Shown: piece by piece, positions 10,201 through 24,303 of the stretch | Layout of the letters: every line of letters begins with the position of its first letter | Numbering within the stretch: the first letter of the stretch is position 1 | Origin: Eledone cirrhosa | Taxonomy: Eukaryota | Direction of reading: 5' to 3' | Length of the DNA: 64,000 nt | Assembly: GCA_964016885.1 (NCBI GenBank) | Contig: OZ024745.1 | Span: forward strand, 81,964,001 to 82,028,000 | Notes under the pieces: model-generated | Told to the model about the DNA's origin: nothing | The model's input: the letters and a program-made list of their open reading frames with translations, nothing else | Database searches by the model: none | Translations under genes and position numbers: made by a program

Positions 10201-10516
10201 TATATATATGGATGTATATATAATGTATTTTGCAATACACTTTATGCTTAATTAAAAGCATTTTGAAGACCGTATGCTATTGTTTTAGAGTAGTGACAAA
10301 TTCACTTACTTTAATCTCGCTCTGTATAATCAGCTCCTGATTATTTACTAGAATAAAGCGAAACAAGGCCCTTGTCGGCTTATCTCCCCTGTTTGCTGAG
10401 ATTAAAGTTAGTGAATTTGTCACTACTCTAAAACAATAGCATACGGTCTTCAAAATGCTTTTAATTAAGCATAAAGTGTATTGCAAAATACATTATATAT
10501 ACATCCATATATATAT
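10201..10516. repeat. Fold-back (arms ~10201-10318 / ~10398-10516) with ~80-bp loop
   Basis: Near-perfect reverse-complement arms. Confidence 0.92.
10331..10380 (+). ncRNA. Degenerate type-I minimal hammerhead-ribozyme-like motif (Penelope pLTR-like)
   Basis: cagctc-CTGATTA-tttactagaataaagc-GAAAC-aaggccctt-GTC-ggct: core with one substitution (CTGATGA expected), stem II, near-palindromic stem III, GTC triplet. Confidence 0.5.
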
Positions 10517-10570
10517 ATATAAACATATTCTACGCCTAATCCTTGATTAGTTTTTATAATATATATTATA

Positions 10571-10836
10571 CTAGCAGAATGGCCTGGCGTTGCTCGGGAT
10601 TTGCTCTAGGGTTCTTATATATTTATCCTTATCGAGCCTCGTGAAATAAATACGTTTGTTTATATTTTGTTATTATGTATGCAAAAATATCTGTACACGA
10701 ATATATAATTATATATATATTAAAATAACAGATTAAAGTTTTAACAAAGAATCGCTGCTTTAACTCTTAACGGGATCTTCTGAAACAAAAAAAAATCAAT
10801 TTGTGAACGCAGAAGTAAATATTTCGAAAAAGGTTA

Positions 10837-10886
<50 letters not shown>

Positions 10887-11197
10887 TCTATATATACATA
10901 TAGATATACACAGCGTCATAATGTCGTAATGCAGACAGCCAGACATACAGACAGATATTATAAGGGCGCAACGTTATATCTATGTATCTATCTAAAAAGA
11001 AAGACTAAGAATTAGAGAGAGAGATCGCTAAATCGCTTAATGCGGTCCCTAGGGCATTGAAAATTTGAAAATCTTTTGGCTCAAAACACTCACAGGACCA
11101 TAAGTATTACATGTGTAAAGTTTGAAAACAATCGGTTGGGTGGTTCTCGAGTTTTAGGGAGCTGACAGACAGACATTCTCTGTTTTAGATATATAGA
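10571..11197 (-). mobile_element. Non-autonomous Helitron
   Basis: Minus strand: A|TCTATATATC... start with (TGTC)n; end CCCGAGCAACGCCAGG hairpin...CTAG|T. Confidence 0.75.
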
Positions 11198-11199
11198 TA

Positions 11200-11345
11200 A
11201 GGTGGCGAATGGCAGAGTCGTTAAGACGTTGGATAGAATGTTTTACGGTATTCGTCCCTCCTCATTGCCCGCTCTGAGTTCAAATCCCGGCGTGGTCAAC
11301 TTTGCCTTTCATCCTTTCAAGGTCGATAAAAAAGTACCAATCCAG
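11200..11345 (+). mobile_element. tRNA-derived SINE (main family in the window)
   Basis: A-box TGGCAGAGTCG, B-box GTTCAAATCC, body GTCAACTTTGCCTTTCATCC; relatives near 6686, 13590, 16385, 18810, 21550, 25000, 28985, 33285, 36740, 43105, 54630, 54865, 56010. Confidence 0.8.
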
Positions 11346-11816
11346 TTGTGGCACCGATTCTTCCTCTATAGAAAATATAGGCTGTGTTCAGGTTTAAAAG
11401 TGCCCTACACTCGCTGGGGTTATGGGATCTTTATCCTCCTTTTTATATATACAGTTGTCCCTCGGTATTCGCATGGGTTACATTCCTAGAGCACCCGTAA
11501 AGAGTGAAAAACCGCGAATACTAGACGGGGTCCATAAAAATGCCTATAAACGTTAAAATATAACGTAAAATATAATAAAAAAAAGAGGGAACGTCTTATG
11601 CCAAGGGGCGTCCAATAGGCCGGCAAACACGGTATATGTTTATTAATAAATTAGCGTTAATATATATATATATTACCACGAAAAAAGTCATTAAAAAAAT
11701 TACGGAAATGTTTACGATTCCACGAATATGAAGTGGTTGCCACGAAAAATTAGTTGTGAGGTGCGGCCGATTGACATACTTGGTGAATTGCACCCACCTC
11801 TTTTTTCTTATTATAA

Positions 11817-12714
11817 TCTATATATATAAAACTGTGGTTGTCTGTCTGTCTATCGATTTTTGGCACACGTCTCCTCTTAGAATCTCTCACGGAATTGCAC
11901 CGAAATTCCTATACTTGTACATTGAGCCCTAGCGAAGACATCGGGAAAAAAAAATTTCAAATTGACCCACCCTATGTGACGAAATCGAATATAATGTAGC
12001 GATTTTTGAGCGTAAGTTATCAGTTATTTCCCTTTGTTCTGTTTACATTGAGCGTCTAACGTAAAAAATTACGCTGGCTTTAACAGTTGTCGAGCCAGCA
12101 AAATATTGACCTGCAAAATTCATCAGTTCGAACACTAGGCTTCCGTTTTGCTTCATTTCCATTTAAAAGCATTTTAAAACAATATTTTTATTTGAAAACA
12201 AGTCTATTTAAAGACTACGTAAAACAAGCAAATATTTCGTCGTTAGGCGTGCAGACAGACAGTCGTGCAGAGAGGTGATATACGCGTGCAGACAGATAGT
12301 CGTGCAGAGAGGTGATATAGGCGTGCAGACAGACAGTCGTGCAGAGAGGTGATATAGGCGTGCAGACAGATAGTCGTGCAGAGAGGTGATATAGGCGTTC
12401 AGACAGACATAACTGATAATTTGGTTACGCTAATGTTTTTCTCTGCGTTGCAGTGTTTACATTTTCGATCTTTGTTAATAAATAACCAGTGCAGTTTCTA
12501 TCCCCAGCATCCTCTTTTGTTATAACATTCGGGTTATCGTTATGTTTTCTTAACTTCATAAGGCATATTGTTGGTTGAGGGAATATTAATCAAAAACACC
12601 ACATGCAAGTCTGCACAGTAGACACTACAGTTTTTAAGCCAAGAAAGAAACTTAACATTGTAACTTTAACACAGCTACTGAGCGACCCCGAGCAACGCCG
12701 GGCTTTACTGCTAG
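11817..12714 (+). mobile_element. Non-autonomous Helitron with internal 37-bp minisatellite (~12245-12410)
   Basis: A|TCTATATATAT 5' end; CCCGAGCAACGCCGGG hairpin then CTAG|T 3' end; no TSD. Confidence 0.85.
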
Positions 12715-14069
12715 TTAATAATAAAGATAAAATGAAAATCCTATAATACGTGTTTTTTTTGTTTTTTTTGGTTATACTGACGCCATAACCAACCCCAAAT
12801 ATAACAATCTATATCTATATATAATCAGAGATGTTTGTTTGTTGGTTGGTTCCTTCACACTTCACATACAAACGAAAAGTAAGCATAGAAATGGTATAAG
12901 GGTATACCTAGGAAAGTTAATTGATATTCATTTTATAAAATCAAAGAAGAAAATGATCCCGGGTATGCTAACCAACCCAACTGCTATTTCTAGCAGGTTG
13001 GGAGACAACCATAAGGGATTCTCTCCGCGCGTCCGTTGTCAACGATGCTCGTGTTTCGCAGCCAGCATCTCCATGGATTCGAATTCTGGTTTACATACAC
13101 ACACGTGTATGTAATTATCTATATCTATATTTATATAATAATATAAAAGATTGACATTCCCGGTAAAACAAAGAATCTGGTGTTTCTGGAATATTTTTGA
13201 CTTTTTTTTTTGTCACACACATAACTGTCTCGCTTCATGCCGTAAAACCAAACAATGCATCAAATAGTCGTTTTCTCTTATGTTTATTCGGGCGTTGGCT
13301 TCAAATTATATCAAGACACACACACACACACACATATATCCGTGTGATTGTGAATATGTTGAACTGAAACTTCGATCTCTCATTCTTAATAAAAACATTG
13401 CAGCTTAAGTAAACAAAATTAACAGACAACGATTTAAATCACCTCTGTTAATACCGAATATCCAACTCAGGCAAGCAGATTGAGTGCTGAACGTATTTCA
13501 ACTGTCTCTCTGTATAATGTATGTACGCATCTATTGATGTATGTATGTATATATATATATATAAATATATATAATAATAATAGTAATAATTATTTCTACT
13601 TTTGGCACAAGGCCAGCAATATTACTGGTTCTTTATTTTATCGACCCCGTAAGGATGACAGGCAAAGTTAACCTCGAAATAAAGTACCAGTAATACACTG
13701 AGTTTTGCTGGCCTTGTGCCAAAAGTAGAAACAATTATTATATATATTTCTCTATATATATACATACATGAGTAATAATGCTTTCTTTAATGAATAATAA
13801 TAGTAATAATAATAATATATATATATATAAAATGGTCTATTTTTAGTTAGCTAGCAGAAATGAATAGAAAGTTACTATTTACCTACTTTTATAGCTTCGA
13901 ATAAGTTTAGAAAAGTAATGCACTGCAGCTCTACACGTCCAGCGTACTATATATACATTTATCTAAATAAATAGGATATGAATTGAATATTGAATAGATA
14001 TGAATTAAATACTATGGATGATCATTCGTGATAAAACTGTTTTATCAACATACAGGAATGATTTACCAG

Positions 14070-14256
<187 letters not shown>

Positions 14257-14779
14257 GAAAAGTATAGAAATTATTGTAGCAAGAAGCCAACAGTATTCCA
14301 TAATATATAAGTGACTATAGCGTCAAAATGGGAAAATAGTTAATGTAAGATGTGGGAAAAATAATTCAAACTCAATTCAAAAAGAATCAGGATATAGATT
14401 CATCCAACAGAATTTAGTGAAATCCAGGAAAAAATCAATAGAGCCTTAACTCATGATAAAATAAAGTTTAAAATACTCATCCTTCAATTTGGAAAAACTA
14501 CAAATGCTCTGTATAGTCTTGAAAAGACTATTTCACGAAAACTTTCAGTGGGGATGGTCACGGTTGGAATTCGATCCTCAGCCGAGCTCAACACGATAGC
14601 CAAAATCTCACTGATTATAATATGCCAAAAAGGGAATTTAAAATCAACATCATGCGTGATTATGAAAATAAAACGCACATGCGGAAACAGGGCTGGTGAC
14701 ATCAGAATGAAACGAATGTTTGTTTACATGAAATAACAGTCAAAAACATTCCGAAAAAAACTCTACAATAAGGAGTTCA

Positions 14780-14887
<108 letters not shown>

Positions 14888-15361
14888 AAGAGAGAGAATG
14901 TAGAGAGGTGACACACGAGTTGATATATATATATATACATATATACATATATATATAAAAACAGTAAAAAAGAAAAAGACAGTAGAAAATGCTAAAGATA
15001 TTTTCTCTCAGAATAACATCAAAACATTTATTTACCAAATAGGAATTTCCGCATTATTTGTACCGGTTTCAGCTTGTACGCTTTTTCACACGATGGAAGT
15101 GTATAATGCAATTAAATTGCATATTAATAAGAACAATAAGAATATGGGGTAAGAAATTGTTTTTACATACATATTTATGGAGAAAAGTTCACATTTTTGT
15201 CTGTAGCTTTCTTTCTTTCTCTTTTAGTGCTGACCTTAGCCGTGTCACCACCAAAAGTGGTAGAACTGATCTACATCATTGGATGCAAACGAAGTCGCAG
15301 GTTTTATATCAAAGTGACCTTCTCCTAGAGAGATGTCTTAAAGAAGACTAGGAGTCTCTCG

Positions 15362-15407
<46 letters not shown>

Positions 15408-15463
15408 ACACACACATACACACACACACACACACACATCCACACACACACACACACACACAT

Positions 15464-15510
<47 letters not shown>

Positions 15511-15668
15511 ATTTTATTGGATGGGCGTTGAATCTCCTGAGTTCCTCCGCTCTTTGACGGGTTTTGAATTTTCATCCTGCAATGTGTCCAAAATTACCCC
15601 CAACCCCACCCACACACACACACCTAAAGAGTGACCTGTCATAATATATATATGGTATATATATATAC

Positions 15669-15809
15669 TAGAAATTGAACAACACAAAATATAATTACAG
15701 AGATGTTAACATCTCTGTCTGACGACCGATTCAGACGTATATTATTATCGTCCGTGATCCAGAAACCTTTGGTAATGGAGTAGTTATATTTTGTGTTGTT
15801 CAATATCTA
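15669..15809 (+). ncRNA. Short fold-back with hammerhead-like core (copy at ~20854-20994)
   Basis: 30-bp arms around ctctgt-CTGACGA-[gattcagacg...cgtccgtgatc]-GAAAC-ctttg-GTA-atggag; stem II closing pair is broken. Confidence 0.45.
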
Positions 15810-15861
15810 ATTAAATAGCTCTGTTCTATACATAGAGCACTATTTTTTCCTTCGGAATTAC

Positions 15862-15899
<38 letters not shown>

Positions 15900-16720
15900 T
15901 ATATATATACAATGATATTAAATAAATCGAAACATATTCATTTGCATACTCATCCTAACAATTTTGAAAAATCCGTTCTTTAAATTCACTATCCAAGTAA
16001 AATTCAACTGATAAGGTATGTTTCCTTGGCTATGTCAACATTTATAAAACACTCTTTGTATTTTATCTGATGAAAACGTACCAAAGTTTTTTGGTACCCT
16101 TGAAATATATATAACAGAATAAATATGGTTTTATAAATATAGTTTCCATTTATTTAATGTCATTGAATATTTACTCCAGAAAACTGTCGAGTGCTCTGAA
16201 TCAGTTATAAACATTTATATTTGTTGAATTTCCAACAAATTAAATATCTCTTCTACTTATATATATATATATATACATACATACATGCACATATATATAT
16301 ATATATATATATATATACAGGGTGGTCCGAAAGTCTTTTCACCCCTTGTCATATTGTTTTAACTTTCATTGTCCCTTTACAGTGTGAGTTCAAATCCCGT
16401 CGAGGTTAACTTTGCCTTTTATCCTTACGGGGTCGATAAAATAAAGTACCAGTAATGTACTGGGTATTTGCTGGCCTTGTGCCTAAAGTAGAAACAATTA
16501 TTTTTTGTTTTAATAATATAATATATAATATCATTAATTATAACTAGCAGAAAAACCACTCTTCTGGTGGTTTTCTGCTGGCATGTGTAGTATGTATATT
16601 GATATTATACGCAAGTATATATACATGTAGATATGATTCATCAATAAAATCGTAATTGACAATATACACAGAAATTGAACGAAGACTGCGTTACACTCTC
16701 TTATGTTATCAGTAACGTAA

Positions 16721-17935
16721 TCTTTATATATAAAACTGAGGTTGTCTGTCTGTCTACTAAAACCTTCGGCACACATCTCCTCTTAAACCGTACGTTCAAA
16801 TTTCGGTGAAATTGCTACACTTATAGATGAAGGTCCGGCGGAACCATCGGTCAAATAAATTTTCAAATAACTTCTTGTTTTTGATTATGTCATCTATATA
16901 TATAAAACTGAGGTTGTCTGTCTGTCTACTAAAACCTTCGGCACACATCTCCTTAAACCGCACGTTCAAATTTCGGTGAAATTGCTACACTTATAGATGA
17001 ATGTCCGGCGGAACCATCGGTCAAATAAATTTTCAAATAACTTCTTGTTTTTGATTATGTCATCTATATATATATAAAACTGTGGTTGTCTGTCTATCGA
17101 TTTTTGGCACACATCTCCTCTTAGAATCACTCACGGAATTGCACCGAAATTGCTAGACTTGTACATTGAGCCCTAGCGAAGACATCGGAAAAAAAAAATT
17201 TCAAATTGACCCACCCTATGTGACGAAATCGAATATAATGTATCGATTTTTGAGCGTAAGTTATCAGTTATTTCCCTTTGTTCTGTTTACATTGAGCGTC
17301 TTACGTAAAAAATTACGCTGGCTTTAACAGTTGTCGAGCCAGCAAAATATTGACCTGCAAAATTCATCAGTTCGAACACTAGGCTTCCGTTTTGCTTCAT
17401 TTCCATTTAAAAGCATTTTAAAACAATATTTTTACTTGAAAACAAGTCTATTTAAAGACTACGTAAAACAAGCAAATATTTCGTCGTTAGGCGTGCAGAC
17501 AGACAGTCGTGCAGACAGACAGTCGTGCAGAGAGGTGATATAGGCGTGCAGACACAGTCGTGCAGAGAGGTGATATAGGCGTGCAGACAGATAGTCGTGC
17601 AGAGAGGTGATATAGGCGTTCAGACAGACATAACTGATAATTTGGTTAAGCTAATGTTTTTCTCTGCGTTGCAGTGTTTACATTTTCGATCTTTGTTAAT
17701 AAATAACCAGTGCAGTTTCTATCCCCAGCATCCTCTTTTGTTATAACATTCGGGTTATCGTTATGTTTTCTTAACTTCATAAGGCATATTGTTGGTTGAG
17801 GGAATATTAATCAAAAACACCACATGCAAGTCTGCACAGTAGACACTACAGTTTTTAAGCCAAGAAAGAAACTTAACATTGTAACTTTAACACAGCTACT
17901 GAGCGACCTCGAGCAACGCCGGGCTTTACTGCTAG
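16721..17935 (+). mobile_element. Helitron with three stacked 5' ends (16721, 16893, 17063)
   Basis: Repeated TCT(A/T)TATATATAAAACTG(A/T)GGTTGTCTGTC heads; one hairpin+CTAG end. Confidence 0.8.
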
Positions 17936-19290
17936 TTAATAATAAAGATAAAATGAAAATCCTATAATACGTGTTTTTTTTGTTTTTTTTGGTTATACTG
18001 ACGCCATAACCAACCCCAAATATAACAATCTATATCTATATATAATCAGAGATGTTTGTTTGTTGGTTGGTTCCTTCACACTTCACATACAAACGAAAAG
18101 TAAGCATAGAAATGGTATAAGGGTATACCTAGGAAAGTTAATTGATATTCATTTTATAAAATCAAAGAAGAAAATGATCCCGGGTATGCTAACCAACCCA
18201 ACTGCTATTTCTAGCAGGTTGGGAGACAACCATAAGGGATTCTCTCCGCGCGTCCGTTGTCAACGATGCTCGTGTTTCGCAGCCAGCATCTCCATGGATT
18301 CGAATTCTGGTTTACATACACACACGTGTATGTAATTATCTATATCTATATTTATATAATAATATAAAAGATTGACATTCCCGGTAAAACAAAGAATCTG
18401 GTGTTTCTGGAATATTTTTGACTTTTTTTTTTGTCACACACATAACTGTCTCGCTTCATGCCGTAAAACCAAACAATGCATCAAATAGTCGTTTTCTCTT
18501 ATGTTTATTCGGGCGTTGGCTTCAAATTATATCAAGACACACACACACACACACATATATCCGTGTGATTGTGAATATGTTGAACTGAAACTTCGATCTC
18601 TCATTCTTAATAAAAACATTGCAGCTTAAGTAAACAAAATTAACAGACAACGATTTAAATCACCTCTGTTAATACCGAATATCCAACTCAGGCAAGCAGA
18701 TTGAGTGCTGAACGTATTTCAACTGTCTCTCTGTATAATGTATGTACGCATCTATTGATGTATGTATGTATATATATATATATAAATATATATAATAATA
18801 ATAGTAATAATTATTTCTACTTTTGGCACAAGGCCAGCAATATTACTGGTTCTTTATTTTATCGACCCCGTAAGGATGACAGGCAAAGTTAACCTCGAAA
18901 TAAAGTACCAGTAATACACTGAGTTTTGCTGGCCTTGTGCCAAAAGTAGAAACAATTATTATATATATTTCTCTATATATATACATACATGAGTAATAAT
19001 GCTTTCTTTAATGAATAATAATAGTAATAATAATAATATATATATATATAAAATGGTCTATTTTTAGTTAGCTAGCAGAAATGAATAGAAAGTTACTATT
19101 TACCTACTTTTATAGCTTCGAATAAGTTTAGAAAAGTAATGCACTGCAGCTCTACACGTCCAGCGTACTATATATACATTTATCTAAATAAATAGGATAT
19201 GAATTGAATATTGAATAGATATGAATTAAATACTATGGATGATCATTCGTGATAAAACTGTTTTATCAACATACAGGAATGATTTACCAG

Positions 19291-19449
<159 letters not shown>

Positions 19450-19972
19450 GAAAAGTATAGAAATTATTGTAGCAAGAAGCCAACAGTATTCCATAATATA
19501 TAAGTGACTATAGCGTCAAAATGGGAAAATAGTTAATGTAAGATGTGGGAAAAATAATTCAAACTCAATTCAAAAAGAATCAGGATATAGATTCATCCAA
19601 CAGAATTTAGTGAAATCCAGGAAAAAATCAATAGAGCCTTAACTCATGATAAAATAAAGTTTAAAATACTCATCCTTCAATTTGGAAAAACTACAAATGC
19701 TCTGTATAGTCTTGAAAAGACTATTTCACGAAAACTTTCAGTGGGGATGGTCACGGTTGGAATTCGATCCTCAGCCGAGCTCAACACGATAGCCAAAATC
19801 TCACTGATTATAATATGCCAAAAAGGGAATTTAAAATCAACATCATGCGTGATTATGAAAATAAAACGCACATGCGGAAACAGGGCTGGTGACATCAGAA
19901 TGAAACGAATGTTTGTTTACATGAAATAACAGTCAAAAACATTCCGAAAAAAACTCTACAATAAGGAGTTCA

Positions 19973-20088
<116 letters not shown>

Positions 20089-20552
20089 ATGTAGAGAGGT
20101 GACACACGAGTTGATATATATATATATACATATATACATATATATATAAAAACAGTAAAAAAGAAAAAGACAGTAGAAAATGCTAAAGATATTTTCTCTC
20201 AGAATAACATCAAAACATTTATTTACCAAATAGGAATTTCCGCATTATTTGTACCGGTTTCAGCTTGTACGCTTTTTCACACGATGGAAGTGTATAATGC
20301 AATTAAATTGCATATTAATAAGAACAATAAGAATATGGGGTAAGAAATTGTTTTTACATACATATTTATGGAGAAAAGTTCACATTTTTGTCTGTAGCTT
20401 TCTTTCTTTCTCTTTTAGTGCTGACCTTAGCCGTGTCACCACCAAAAGTGGTAGAACTGATCTACATCATTGGATGCAAACGAAGTCGCAGGTTTTATAT
20501 CAAAGTGACCTTCTCCTAGAGAGATGTCTTAAAGAAGACTAGGAGTCTCTCG

Positions 20553-20592
<40 letters not shown>

Positions 20593-20642
20593 AGACACAG
20601 ACACACACACACACACATACACACACACACACACACACACAT

Positions 20643-20695
<53 letters not shown>

Positions 20696-21484
20696 ATTTT
20701 ATTGGATGGGCGTTGAATCTCCTGAGTTCCTCCGCTCTTTGACGGGTTTTGAATTTTCATCCTGCAATGTGTCCAAAATTACCCCCAACCCCACCCACAC
20801 ACACACACCTAAAGAGTGACCTGTCATAATATATATATGGTATATATATATACTAGAAATTGAACAACACAAAATATAATTACAGAGATGTTAACATCTC
20901 TGTCTGACGACCGATTCAGACGTATATTATTATCGTCCGTGATCCAGAAACCTTTGGTAATGGAGTAGTTATATTTTGTGTTGTTCAATATCTAATTAAA
21001 TAGCTCTGTTCTATACATAGAGCACTATTTTTTCCTTCGGAATTACCTCTCTCACACACACACACACACATATATATATACAATGATATTAAATAAATCG
21101 AAACATATTCATTTGCATACTCATCCTAACAATTTTGAAAAATCCGTTCTTTAAATTCACTATCCAAGTAAAATTCAACTGATAAGGTATGTTTCCTTGG
21201 CTATGTCAACATTTATAAAACACTCTTTGTATTTTATCTGATGAAAACGTACCAAAGTTTTTTGGTACCCATGAAATATATATAACAGAATAAATATGGT
21301 TTTATAAATATAGTTTCCATTTATTTAATGTCATTGAATATTTACTCCAGAAAACTGTCGAGTGCTCTGAATCAGTTATAAACATTTATATTTGTTGAAT
21401 TTCCAACAAATTAAATATCTCTTCTACTTATATATATATATATATACATACATACATGCACATATATATATATATATATATATA

Positions 21485-23641
21485 CAGGGTGGTCCGAAAG
21501 TCTTTTCACCCCTTGTCATATTGTTTTAACTTTCATTGTCCCTTTACAGTGTGAGTTCAAATCCCGTCGAGGTTAACTTTGCCTTTTATCCTTACGGGGT
21601 CGATAAAATAAAGTACCAGTAATGTACTGGGTATTTGCTGGCCTTGTGCCTAAAGTAGAAACAATTATTTTTTGTTTTAATAATATAATATATAATATCA
21701 TTAATTATAACTAGCAGAAAAACCACTCTTCTGGTGGTTTTCTGCTGGCATGTGTAGTATGTATATTGATATTATACGCAAGTATATATACATGTAGATA
21801 TGATTCATCAATAAAATCGTAATTGACAATATACACAGAAATTGAACGAAGACTGCGTTACACTCTCTTATGTTATCAGTAACGTAATCTTTATATATAA
21901 AACTGAGGTTGTCTGTCTGTCTACTAAAACCTTCGGCACACATCTCCTCTTAAACCGTACGTTCAAATTTCGGTGAAATTGCTACACTTATAGATGAAGG
22001 TCCGGCGGAACCATCGGTCAAATAAATTTTCAAATAACTTCTTGTTTTTGATTATGTCATCTATATATATAAAACTGAGGTTGTCTGTCTGTCTACTAAA
22101 ACCTTCGGCACACATCTCCTCTTAAACCGCACGTTCGAATTTCGGTGAAATTGCTACACTTATAGTTGAAGGTCCGGCGGAACCATCGGTCAAATAAATT
22201 TTCAAATAACTTCTCGTTTTTGATTATGTCATCTATATATATAAAGCTGTGGTTGTCTGTCTGTCTATCGATTTTTGGCACACATCTCCTCTTAGAATCT
22301 CTGACGGAATTGCACCGAAATTGCTATACTTGTACATTGAGCCCTAGCGAAGACATCGGAAAAAAAATATTTCAAATTGACCCACCCTATGTGACGAAAT
22401 CGAATCTAATGTATCGATTTTTGAGCGTAAGTGACGAGTTATTTCCCTTTGTTCTATATATATAAAGCTGTGGTTGTCTGTCTGTCTATCGATTTTTGGC
22501 ACATATCCTCTTAGAATCTCTGACGGAATTGCACCGAAATTGCTATACTTGTACATTGAGCCCTAGCGAAGACATCGGAAAAAAAATATTTCAAATTGAC
22601 CAACCCTATGTGACGAAATCGAATCTAATGTATCGATTTTTGAGCGTAAGTGACGAGTTATTTCCCTTTGTTCTGTTTACATTGAGCGTCTTACTGCGTG
22701 CAAAAATTAAAAGAATTACGCTGGCTTTCTCAGCGTTTAAAATGACATTAACACAATACACGAACAGTTGTCGAGCCAGCACAATTTTGACCTGCAAAAT
22801 TCATCAGTTCGAACACTAAGCTTCCGTTTTGCTTCATTTCCATTTAAAAGCCTTTTAAAACAATATTTTTACTTGAAAACAAGTCTATTTAAAGACTACG
22901 TAAAACAAGCAAATATTTCGTAAAAAAAAGCAAAAATTATATAAGTTTATTTAAAATATATGTATCTGTAAATTTCGTTAGGCGTGCAGACAGACAGTCG
23001 TGCAGACAGACTTTAAGCCCAAAAAGAAACTTAACATTGTAACCTTAACACAGCTACTGAGCGACCCCGAGCAACGCCGGGCTTTACTGCTAGTCCATTA
23101 TATATTAAAAAAGACGATATTATATATAAACTGCATTAGGAGAAAATTAGTGACGGAAATATATGAATGTTTATTTAAGCGATCGCTAACCGGAAGTGTT
23201 GGCATTTGAAAATTTTAAAGAAGTGAATCTTTAAATAAGCAATAAAATATATTTAATCAACAGCTACGAAATTTAGTAGATAAATTATGTAATATTCATT
23301 CATTATTTATTCAAAGTAATCCAACTTATTTTACAAACGGGATAAAAAAATATATTCTGGACGCAGTCCCGCACTCCTTTTTTATTATAGTTAAGATATA
23401 TAATAATAATAATAATATAATTTTCTATTTCACAGCTCCTACAGTTTGTCCTACATGTGTCCATACACTTGCTTGCAAGTGTAGGGACACATGATCGTGT
23501 GCATTCTGGCAAGAACATGGAGGATGTGCGACATGACTTCACTGCAAGATTCGGCAAACCAGCTCCTCCGAAGAGGATACACCATAAACTGTTTCTCATT
23601 ACTTTTTGGTAGCGAGGTGACAATACTTTCGGACCACCCTG
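21485..23641. mobile_element. Tc1/mariner-type remnant interrupted by a SINE and a Helitron
   Basis: TA-CAGGGTGGTCCGAAAGT at 21485 and ACTTTCGGACCACCCTG ending 23641. Confidence 0.5.
21888..23093 (+). mobile_element. Helitron with four stacked 5' ends (21888, 22060, 22232, 22453)
   Basis: Repeated TC heads, one 3' hairpin+CTAG|T; inverted copy at 35313-36522. Confidence 0.8.
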
Positions 23642-24303
23642 CACAGTTTCCAGTCATTTTCCCTAGAGACTGACAACTTATCATTGGCAGTGTATTGGCG
23701 TCATGTATATGCTGTTTGTAGCAAATTATTGTAAATGAATTGTAAAATGAATCATGTATTTAGACGGATATTTCTACGAATTTGAAAAAAAGGTTTCTTC
23801 AGTGGGTATAGTTAGAATAATATCCAGTTATTCAAAACGACTGGTAGTTGTGGCATTACTGTCAGAGATAGTATTCATCTTAAATTTAATGAATAGTCTC
23901 CCATGCCAATATGTGCGACTGGTCGCGTTGACTGATGTATGTATGTACGTATGTCAGGTTGCTCTCGAGTGCTACTGGTAACATGTAACCCATTACAACC
24001 TGTCTCATGGTCGGGTCGTCGACAACTAAACCAACAACGCCACCAAGCTTGCTTTGTGAGGAGGGTGATATTCGGACACTGCGCGATGAAATACAAACCC
24101 GGCAAAGGGCGGGGGGGGGGAGAACTCAACAGAGTCAACGGCCATCCAAATAGTACTTTTTTTTTTTTCACGAAATTCAACAGTTAAACACATATAGGAA
24201 TAATAAGGTTGTTACCAAAGAGCCAGAAGATTGACAAGACGATCCTAAATATGACTAATAGCTCCAGGAAAGCCATGAACGGCACCACAACTTTTTAACT
24301 TTG

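Noticed and set aside
12245-12410. Regularly spaced 37-bp repeats, superficially CRISPR-like (also 6135-6340)
   Set aside because: No unique spacers, eukaryotic context; these are minisatellites
15228-15351. Strong polypyrimidine acceptor followed by open frames (duplicated at ~20419)
   Set aside because: No recognisable homology or convincing partner exon; needs RNA-seq
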